Source of the DNA: Candidatus Falkowbacteria bacterium HGW-Falkowbacteria-1
GTDB lineage: Bacteria > Patescibacteriota > Patescibacteriia > Patescibacteriales > UBA12465
Length of the DNA: 64,000 bases
Assembly: GCA_002840305.1 (NCBI GenBank)
Contig: PHAI01000002.1
Coordinates: forward strand, 202,707-266,706
Direction: 5' to 3'
Of this stretch, positions 54,339-61,572 are shown in pieces. Within the stretch, counting starts at the first letter, position 1, and the number at the start of each line of letters is the position of its first letter. The position numbers were made by a program, and so were the translations under genes. The notes under the pieces were generated by a model. It was not told the DNA's origin and searched no databases. It saw nothing but the letters and a program-made list of their open reading frames with translations.

Positions 54339-54367
54339 TTGACAATAAAATTAAAATGAACTATAAT
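54339..54367 (+). promoter_or_regulatory. Consensus promoter (TTGACA-17-TATAAT) for tRNA-Leu
   Basis: -35 at 54339-54344 and -10 at 54362-54367, both exact. The tRNA 5' end lies 20 nt downstream of the -10. Confidence 0.7.
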
Positions 54368-54386
54368 TTTCCTATTGAAAACAAAA

Positions 54387-54471
54387 GCCGATGTGGTGAA
54401 ACTGGTAAACACGCACGACTCAAACTCGTGTGCCGAAAGGTTTGTGGGTTCGAGTCCCACCATCGGCACCA
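54387..54471 (+). tRNA. tRNA-Leu (anticodon CAA), class II with a long variable arm and an encoded CCA
   Basis: Folded by hand. Acceptor stem GCCGATG/CATCGGC. Anticodon stem CACGA/TCGTG with loop CTCAAAC. T-arm GTGGG-TTCGAGT-CCCAC. Discriminator A followed by CCA. Confidence 0.92.
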
Positions 54472-55439
54472 AAATGCTTTTCATAAATAGCCAACCTTTC
54501 GTTGGCTATTTTTGTATATTTTAACCAAAAACTTTCTGATCTCTTTTTAGATTTTATAGCCGAAGCTAAAGCCCAAACAATTCCACTGAGAATAATTAAC
54601 TTCAAAGCCCTTTCTACCTCTAGCTTCAATTCTTTTGCATTAAACTTAATGTTGCCTTCTTTTATGTAAAGGGAAATAAATTTTTTTTGAAAACTGTCTG
54701 TTATATCGCCACAATAAAAAAACATATTAGCTAAAATCAAGCCAATGTCCTTTGTAAATTTAGCGTTGTCCCAATCTATAAAAAAAAGTTGATTATTCTT
54801 ATTCAAAATAATGTTAGCCCCAGCTAAATCACCATGATCAAAAAACACTCTTTTATCTGTCCAATCTATATCTTTGTATTCCTTTTTTAATAACACTAAA
54901 TTATTTTTTAAATAATCCATTTTTTTATCAAAACTACTATCAAACAAAATGTTTTTATTCCTTTTTAAATAAGTCATTTTGATTTTTAAAATTGAGTCTA
55001 TTCTTTTCTCGCTATCTTCCAAAATATCAAAATTCAACTTTTTTCCAGATGTAAATTTGCCAAAATCTTTATATTCCAAACTATTTACTCTTATCATCTT
55101 CATTAAAAACTCTTTTAGATGTTTTTGGTTTAAATCTTTAACCGAAAATTCTTGACCATCAATATAATCTGTTAACAAAAATTTATTTTTCTTATCAAAA
55201 AAAATTGCCTTTTGAGCAAAGCCAATGTTTTCTTTTTCTATAAACTTGGAAACGATATAGGCTTTCTCTAGCCTGTTTTTACTGGCCACAGAACTTTTCA
55301 TTAATCGCAAAACATACTGCTTGCCAAAATCATTAACCAAAAAAGCTTGATAATTATTTCCGGCTCCCAAACTTCTAAACTCTGGGCTTTTAACAATTTT
55401 TTTATTAACTAAAATTTTTAAAACTTTTTCTATTTTCAT
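54420..55439 (-). CDS. Aminoglycoside/choline kinase-family phosphotransferase (APH fold)
   Basis: Catalytic-loop and metal-binding motifs FFDHGDLAGANIIL...FFIDWDNAKF. The last 17 codons (FGADGGTRTHKPFGTRV) are antisense to tRNA-Leu. Confidence 0.8.
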   Translation of the reverse strand: MKIEKVLKILVNKKIVKSPEFRSLGAGNNYQAFLVNDFGKQYVLRLMKSSVASKNRLEKAYIVSKFIEKENIGFAQKAIFFDKKNKFLLTDYIDGQEFSVKDLNQKHLKEFLMKMIRVNSLEYKDFGKFTSGKKLNFDILEDSEKRIDSILKIKMTYLKRNKNILFDSSFDKKMDYLKNNLVLLKKEYKDIDWTDKRVFFDHGDLAGANIILNKNNQLFFIDWDNAKFTKDIGLILANMFFYCGDITDSFQKKFISLYIKEGNIKFNAKELKLEVERALKLIILSGIVWALASAIKSKKRSESFWLKYTKIANERLAIYEKHFGADGGTRTHKPFGTRV

Positions 55440-55450
55440 AAAATAAAAAA

Positions 55451-56548
55451 CTAAAATATTATTCCACCGCCCAAAACTTCTTTTCCATTATAGAAAACAG
55501 CACTTTGACCAGGAGTTATTGATCTTTGTTTCTTAAAAAATTTAACCTTATAAACATCGTTTGTTTTATTATAACTCAATAAACAAGAAACAGGTTTATG
55601 GCGATACCGAATAACAACCTTTGTCTTTACCGGCTCTCCCTTTTTCATGGAAGTAGCTAAATTTTTGTTTATCCAATTAACATCTTGAAGCGCCATCTCT
55701 TTTCCGTATAATATGGGATCATCAAAATTTTTAACAACATACAAATCATTATTTTTATAATCAAATTTAGCAGCATAATATGGTCCTGTTCCTCCAATTT
55801 CTACTCCCCTTCTTTGACCAATGGTGTAAAGTGGAAGCCCTTGATGCTGACTAATAATTTTCCCTTCAGGCCAGAGTCTGATATTACCAGGTTTCAACTT
55901 TAAATATTTTTTTAAAAAATCATTATGTCTTTTACCAGAAATGAAGCAAATCTCCTGGCTATCATTTTTAGAAGCAACCAGTAATCCTGACTTTTTAGCA
56001 AATTTTCTAACTGCTGGCTTTTTCCACTTTCCCAAAGGAAAAATAAGGTGTTTTAGCTGTTTTTGATTTAAAGTATACAAAAAATAAGACTGATCCTTGT
56101 CTTTGTCCACTCCTTTTAACATCTTAAAATTTTTACCATCCTTTTCTACCCCTACATAATGACCGGTAGCCAAATAATCAAAACCCAATGACAAGGCGTA
56201 ATCTATCAGCCCTCCTATTTTTATCTTTTTATTACAAATCACGCAGGGGTTGGGTGTTCTACCAATTTGATATTCATTCAAGAAATTATCAACAACCTCC
56301 TTCTTAAATTTACTAGAAAAATTAAAAGTATAAAAAGGAACACCTAGGTCGAGGCAAACTTTTTTAGCATCCATCTGAGCCTCAAGTGAACAACATTTAT
56401 TTTCGACTGAATTAGTTCCTGGCTCTTTCCAAAAATTTAAAAAAATACCGCTAACATCATATCTCTGGTCAATTAATAATTTAGCAGAAACGGCCGAATC
56501 AACTCCGCCAGATATAGCTACTAAAACCTTTTTTTTCTTCTTTTCCAT
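55451..56548 (-). CDS. mnmA: tRNA-specific 2-thiouridylase
   Basis: PP-loop VLVAISGGVDSAVSA. Also TPNPCVICNKKIK and ATGHY. Confidence 0.93.
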   Translation of the reverse strand: MEKKKKKVLVAISGGVDSAVSAKLLIDQRYDVSGIFLNFWKEPGTNSVENKCCSLEAQMDAKKVCLDLGVPFYTFNFSSKFKKEVVDNFLNEYQIGRTPNPCVICNKKIKIGGLIDYALSLGFDYLATGHYVGVEKDGKNFKMLKGVDKDKDQSYFLYTLNQKQLKHLIFPLGKWKKPAVRKFAKKSGLLVASKNDSQEICFISGKRHNDFLKKYLKLKPGNIRLWPEGKIISQHQGLPLYTIGQRRGVEIGGTGPYYAAKFDYKNNDLYVVKNFDDPILYGKEMALQDVNWINKNLATSMKKGEPVKTKVVIRYRHKPVSCLLSYNKTNDVYKVKFFKKQRSITPGQSAVFYNGKEVLGGGIIF

Positions 56549-56560
56549 TTAAAAAAATAA

Positions 56561-57685
56561 TTAAAGATTATTAAATATTTTTAAATATTCCTCAGCGGTG
56601 TTTTGCCAAGAAAATATTTTAACTCGCTCACGCCCTCTTTCTATTAGCTTATTTCTTAAAAGCTTATCAGTCAAAGAAATCATCATGGCATCTGCCAATT
56701 CTAATTCCTTGTCAGAATTGACCAACAGGGCCGCGTTTGATAAAACCTCTGGCAAACTGGAGGAATTGCTTGAAATGACTGGTACACCGAAATGCATGGC
56801 CTCCAAGGGTGGGAAGCCAAATCCTTCATAAAAAGATGGGTAAACAAAAAGCTTGGCATTCTTATAAAAAATCGATTTTTCTTCCTCTATTAAATAACCG
56901 ATAAACTTAATATCTTGTTTGTATTTTGATTTGCCCCATTCTTTTCTAATGTCATCGGTTTTCCACCCCCAAGAACCAACTAAAACTAACAAAACATCAA
57001 TTCCGCTGTCTCTAAGATGGTTATATGCTCTCATCAGGCCAGAAATATTTTTTCTGGGTTCAATCGTTCCTAAATATAATACATAATCTCTGTCTATGCC
57101 ATATTTTTGAAACAAATAATCAACAGACTCATTCAATGTGTCATTCGACAGGTCATCTGATATACCAGGATAAACAACCGAAATTTTATCTTCCTCTATT
57201 TTCATTAATTCGACTAAGTCATTTTTGGTGTTTTGAGAAACAGCTACTATTCTGTCAAATTTTTTTAAATTCTTCTTTATATTTAAAGCTTTATGCCAAA
57301 AATTCTTTCTTCGACTAAAAAACTCCGGATAACGCAAGAACGACAGGTCGTGGACGGTTATAACTTTCTTTGTTTTATTAGACAAAGAGGCAAAATTGAT
57401 ATGTGGCATATAGAAGACGTCAGGACTGCCAAGCAAATTATCAATTTTAGGCCAAGACAATGTTTTTTGCATCAAATAATTAAATATTTTATTGGGATAA
57501 AAAGTTTGTACAGCATTTTTATTGAATAGATCGTTCTTTTCTACCTTCTTAAAAGAATTATAAAAAAAAGAATAAGTATTTAACTTATCTAATTTAAGCA
57601 AACTGCTAAGTAAATTAAAAGTAAAAATAGACACACCGCTATACTGCTTATCCATTAAAACTCTAGTATCTACTCCGATTTTCAT
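56561..57685 (-). CDS. Family 4 (GT-B) glycosyltransferase
   Basis: C-terminal EGFGFPPLEAMHFGVPVISSNSSSLPEV (E-x7-E type motif). Confidence 0.85.
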   Translation of the reverse strand: MKIGVDTRVLMDKQYSGVSIFTFNLLSSLLKLDKLNTYSFFYNSFKKVEKNDLFNKNAVQTFYPNKIFNYLMQKTLSWPKIDNLLGSPDVFYMPHINFASLSNKTKKVITVHDLSFLRYPEFFSRRKNFWHKALNIKKNLKKFDRIVAVSQNTKNDLVELMKIEEDKISVVYPGISDDLSNDTLNESVDYLFQKYGIDRDYVLYLGTIEPRKNISGLMRAYNHLRDSGIDVLLVLVGSWGWKTDDIRKEWGKSKYKQDIKFIGYLIEEEKSIFYKNAKLFVYPSFYEGFGFPPLEAMHFGVPVISSNSSSLPEVLSNAALLVNSDKELELADAMMISLTDKLLRNKLIERGRERVKIFSWQNTAEEYLKIFNNL

Positions 57686-57701
57686 TATTTTATTATCTTA
57701 A

Positions 57702-58820
57702 TTATTCACTCAATTTGCTTTTTATAAACCTATCAATATTTTCTTTGAATTTATCAAGCGAGAATTTTTTAGAATGCTCTCTTATTTCCAGGCTATTCCA
57801 TCTGTTAACACCGTTTTTTATTTCTGTATAAAATTTTTGTACTATTGGTGATAAGTCCTCTATTGTTTGCTTTTCAAAAAATAGACCAGTCTTGCCTTCA
57901 ACTACCGTTTCTAGTGCGCCACCTTTTTTATAGGCAATAACAGGTCGACCGGAGGCCATAGCCTCCACTTTGGATATACCAAAATCTTCCTCTTGAGGAT
58001 GCAAAAAAGCTAAACACTTACTAAATAGCTCAGCTTTTAGCTCATCGTTAACCCTGCCTAAGAATTCAATATTGGAATGATTCTTGGCTATCTTTTTAAG
58101 TCTTTTCAAGTCAACTCCGTCACCAAAAACTTTCAATTTATAATCGGGACCCAATTTTTTAAAAGTTTCGATTACTAAATCGACTCGCTTATAAGGCGCT
58201 AGGCGACACCCGATTAAAAAATAATCACCCAACTCTTTGGCTATAAAAAACTTATCAATTTCAACCGGTGGATAAATTAATTCAGAATCACGACGATAAT
58301 ATTTTTTTATTCTGCTTTGGACAACTTTTGAATTAGCAATAAAATAATCAACTCTATCAGCCGCCAATCTATCCCAAATTCTCATGCGACTTAAAATCAT
58401 TGAGGCTATTTTTTTCAAAAATTTGTTGTAAGGCAATTCGTTTATATACTGATGGGTATCGCTCCATAAATATCTGGTCGGTGTATGACAATAACAGATG
58501 TGAATCGTTGAAGGCGTCGTTATCACTCCTTTAGCAAAAGAGCTGGTATCAGAAATAACTAAATCATATTCTCTCAGATCAAAAAATTCAACCGCCATCG
58601 GCATAAGAGGAAGATACCATTGGTAAAAACGAACACCGCCAGGCATTCTTTGAATAATAGATGCGTCTATTCTTCTGTTGGGGTATTTACTTTTGATGTT
58701 TTTTTTATCATAAAGCAAGGTGTAAATAGGAGCATCCAAAAACATCTTGGAAAAAATTTCCAAAACTTTTTCGGCTCCTCCATCCTGAGCTAAATGATCA
58801 TGTATCAAGGCGGTTTTCAT
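57702..58820 (-). CDS. Family 4 (GT-B) glycosyltransferase
   Basis: EDFGISKVEAMASGRPVIAYKKGGALETV motif. Length 372 aa. Confidence 0.85.
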   Translation of the reverse strand: MKTALIHDHLAQDGGAEKVLEIFSKMFLDAPIYTLLYDKKNIKSKYPNRRIDASIIQRMPGGVRFYQWYLPLMPMAVEFFDLREYDLVISDTSSFAKGVITTPSTIHICYCHTPTRYLWSDTHQYINELPYNKFLKKIASMILSRMRIWDRLAADRVDYFIANSKVVQSRIKKYYRRDSELIYPPVEIDKFFIAKELGDYFLIGCRLAPYKRVDLVIETFKKLGPDYKLKVFGDGVDLKRLKKIAKNHSNIEFLGRVNDELKAELFSKCLAFLHPQEEDFGISKVEAMASGRPVIAYKKGGALETVVEGKTGLFFEKQTIEDLSPIVQKFYTEIKNGVNRWNSLEIREHSKKFSLDKFKENIDRFIKSKLSE

Positions 58821-58844
58821 ACTAAAAATATAATTAGTCTTAAT

Positions 58845-59663
58845 TTATTTAATTTTTCTTCTCTGCCTCAAGGCTTCATAAATAACAATACCAGCGCTGA
58901 CAGAAACATTCAATGAATCCACGCCCTTAATCATCGGAATTCTGATATTTTCTACTTCCTTTATTTTCCAATCTTTGCTTATTCCAAAAGATTCTGTTCC
59001 GAAAATAATAGCTGAAGCTTTTTTAAAATCAACTTCAAAATGACTTTTTTCACCTTCCAAAGTAGTTACAAAAATTTTAAAATCATTCTTTTTAAGCCAT
59101 AAAAATGTTTCTTTAGCGGAAGACAAAACTAGCGGCATAGAAAAAATAAAACCAGTGCTAGAACGAATGACGTTGGGACTGTATATATCGGTTTTCTGAT
59201 CGTTTAAAATAATTAAATCAACACCAGAAGCATAGGCTGTGCGAATTATAGCTCCCAAATTTCCTGGCTTTTCAACTGACTCCAAGACTAACACCAGGGG
59301 ACTCTTCTTCAACATTACATCCTTAAGTTTTAAAAATTTTTCTTCAAAAACCGCTAGATAACCGTCGGGGTTTTTTTTATAAGAAATTTTTTCGAAAGCC
59401 TTATTGGTTAATTTGTAAGATCTTTGAGCTTTGGCAAAAAAATTTTCAATTTCACTATTGTCTTTATCAAACTCCTCGCAATAAAAAAATTCTTTAATCA
59501 ACCAAGAAGATTTAAGAGCTTCTTCTATTTCCCTTTTACCATCAACTATAAGCAAGCCACTCCTTCTTCTATCCTTTCCGTCCTTAACCAATTTAGCAAT
59601 ATCTTTTAACTTTTGATTAGCAGTACTACTTATTTCAATTATTTTTTCCTCAAATATACTCAT
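58845..59663 (-). CDS. TrmH/SpoU-family RNA 2'-O-methyltransferase (RlmB-like)
   Basis: SPOUT motifs KPGNLGAIIRTAYASGVD, IIFGTESFGIS and IPMIKGVDSLNVSVSAGIVIYE. Confidence 0.85.
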   Translation of the reverse strand: MSIFEEKIIEISSTANQKLKDIAKLVKDGKDRRRSGLLIVDGKREIEEALKSSWLIKEFFYCEEFDKDNSEIENFFAKAQRSYKLTNKAFEKISYKKNPDGYLAVFEEKFLKLKDVMLKKSPLVLVLESVEKPGNLGAIIRTAYASGVDLIILNDQKTDIYSPNVIRSSTGFIFSMPLVLSSAKETFLWLKKNDFKIFVTTLEGEKSHFEVDFKKASAIIFGTESFGISKDWKIKEVENIRIPMIKGVDSLNVSVSAGIVIYEALRQRRKIK

Positions 59664-59678
59664 AATAAATATTAAGAT

Positions 59679-61118
59679 TTATTCAGTCTTTCTATTTTTA
59701 ATAACAGCCAATGGGGTTCTGAATAATATTGATAAATCAAGTAATATTGACCAATTTTCTATATAATAAACATCAAGCTTTACTTCCTCTTCAAAAAGAA
59801 GGTCGCTTCTACCTGATATCTGAGCCAAACCGGTAATGCCCGGCTTAACGGTCAAGGTTTTTTTGTGATGTTGTTCATATTTGGCCACTTCTTCTGGCAA
59901 GTGAGGCCTAGGGCCAACCAGGCTCATTCTACCCATAAAGACTAAAAACAATTCTGGTAATTCATCTATGCTCCATCTTCTAATGAATTTACCCACTCTA
60001 GTAATACGAGGATCGTCAGCTATTTTAACCATTGGGCCATCTTGGCGTAAGTTTTTATCAGACAGTTCATTGTAACGCATACTGTCCGTGCCGGGCATCA
60101 TTGATCTAAATTTGAAATATTTAAAAAGTTTTCCTCCTTGCCCGACTCTAAAAACCGGTGAACCATCATCTCTTTTAGAAAAAAATATTGGGCCATGAGA
60201 ATCGATTTTGATAAAAATAATAGCCAGAATAATAATAGGCGATAAAATAATAATTATAATTCCGGAAAGAAAAACATCAAAAAACCTTTTGACTATTCTT
60301 CCCCAACCATCCAAATTTGTTTTTTTGACCTCAACTATCGGCACTCCAGCCATTTCAGAAACTTCAGTTCTTAAAACTTTAACCTCCAAGAGATCGGCCA
60401 CATACCTAAAAACAACGTGATTCTCATTGGCAAAATCATACAAGCGCAATGTTTCTACTTTACTAAGATTGGGGTCGCTTTGAATTATTTCATCAATCAT
60501 ACTCCCTTTTTTCTCATTATCTTTATTGAAATTTTTTATAAATTCATCAAGTTCCTTAGAAGTATCAATAGAAAAATCCCTCACTCTTTTAACGACTTTA
60601 AACCCTGAATATTTTTTATTAAAAAAATCTTTTATTAAATTATCGCCAGTTTTGCTAGAGCCAACTAAAATAACATTTTTAACTCCAACGCCATAAGCAT
60701 ACAAAAGTTTCTGAATCCAATGGACAATGGTTCTGCCTAAAGAAACATAAACAATGGCTAGAACCCAAGCACTTAAAACGATGAATCTAGAATCAAAAAG
60801 TTCTCTTTGAAAAAATATTAAGATAACTATTAAAACAAAACCAGCCGAACAAGCCAAGAATATTCTGTAGATTTCTTGACTTAAACGACGACGATCAAAA
60901 GAATAAAGAGAAGAAATAGCAAAAATAATAACCCACAAGAAGGCCACAAACAAAACAACCTCAAAATAATCAGAAAATGGCAAATTAAAAATAACCGGTC
61001 TTATATCGGTTGTAAATTTGGAAAATCTAATAAAATAAGCAGAAATTCCAGCCAGAACAAACAAAATAAAGTCTAGCGGAACTAAAATAAAAGAAAAAAA
61101 TAATTCTGATTTTTTCAT
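59679..61118 (-). CDS. Polyprenyl-phosphate glycosyl-1-phosphate transferase (WbaP/bacterial sugar transferase family)
   Basis: N-terminal TMs and a C-terminal catalytic domain with RFFDVFLS...GPIFFSKR...KFRSM...DELPELF...MSLVGPRP. Confidence 0.88.
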   Translation of the reverse strand: MKKSELFFSFILVPLDFILFVLAGISAYFIRFSKFTTDIRPVIFNLPFSDYFEVVLFVAFLWVIIFAISSLYSFDRRRLSQEIYRIFLACSAGFVLIVILIFFQRELFDSRFIVLSAWVLAIVYVSLGRTIVHWIQKLLYAYGVGVKNVILVGSSKTGDNLIKDFFNKKYSGFKVVKRVRDFSIDTSKELDEFIKNFNKDNEKKGSMIDEIIQSDPNLSKVETLRLYDFANENHVVFRYVADLLEVKVLRTEVSEMAGVPIVEVKKTNLDGWGRIVKRFFDVFLSGIIIIILSPIIILAIIFIKIDSHGPIFFSKRDDGSPVFRVGQGGKLFKYFKFRSMMPGTDSMRYNELSDKNLRQDGPMVKIADDPRITRVGKFIRRWSIDELPELFLVFMGRMSLVGPRPHLPEEVAKYEQHHKKTLTVKPGITGLAQISGRSDLLFEEEVKLDVYYIENWSILLDLSILFRTPLAVIKNRKTE

Positions 61119-61131
61119 AAATATTTAATTT

Positions 61132-61505
61132 AGCTAAATTAAACGATAAGCCGGATTCTGTCGTGGATGGTTATTTATCTAGTCTTAATATTGCTATTAA
61201 GATCTGGCGAGTTACTTTTTACGTATAAATACGCTTTACTCTTGCTCCCTGATAGGGTTTACCATGGCACCTCTGTCACCAGAGGGCAAACGTTGTAGCC
61301 AAATGAAATCAAATAACACCAACGATCTTTTCACCTTTCAACAAATTTCTTTGTCTAGTATTGTCTCTGTGGCACTTTCCCTCGCTTTAAAAGCTGGTGG
61401 GCGTTACCCACTATCATCACGAAGCCTCAAAAAGGCCTCTAGGAGTCCGGACTTTCCTCCCCAATTATGTAAACATAATTGAAGCAACCATCTATTTAAA
61501 TAGCT
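61132..61505 (-). ncRNA. rnpB: RNase P RNA, bacterial type A (ends approximate, within about 10 nt)
   Basis: The minus strand contains GGGGAGGAAAGTCCGGAC (P4 5' strand), GGGTAACGCCCACC, GGGAAAGTGCCACAGAGACAA, GGTAAACCCTATCAGGGAGCAAG, and AGATAAATAACCATCCACGACAGAATCCGGCTTATCG (P4 3' strand). These are collinear with the E. coli M1 RNA blocks I recall. The termini can pair as P1 (AGCUA.UUAAA with UUUAA..UAGCU). Confidence 0.9.
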
Positions 61506-61572
61506 ATAAGTATATTAACAAAAAGAGGCTTCAAAGTCAATTTGGAGCCTCTCATCTAAAATGTCTTGGTTC

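Noticed and set aside
49900-54386. Genomic island integrated at tRNA-Leu. The block seems more G+C-rich and includes the beta-barrel-like gene.
   Set aside because: There is no integrase, no recombinase and no visible direct repeat of the tRNA 3' end. The block lies on the 5' side of the tRNA. Conserved housekeeping genes such as dnaE reach similar local G+C, so composition alone is uninformative.
61264-61482. 72-aa plus-strand ORF from the ORF track.
   Set aside because: It lies entirely inside the RNase P RNA gene on the opposite strand. Its relatively high G+C is explained by the structured RNA.
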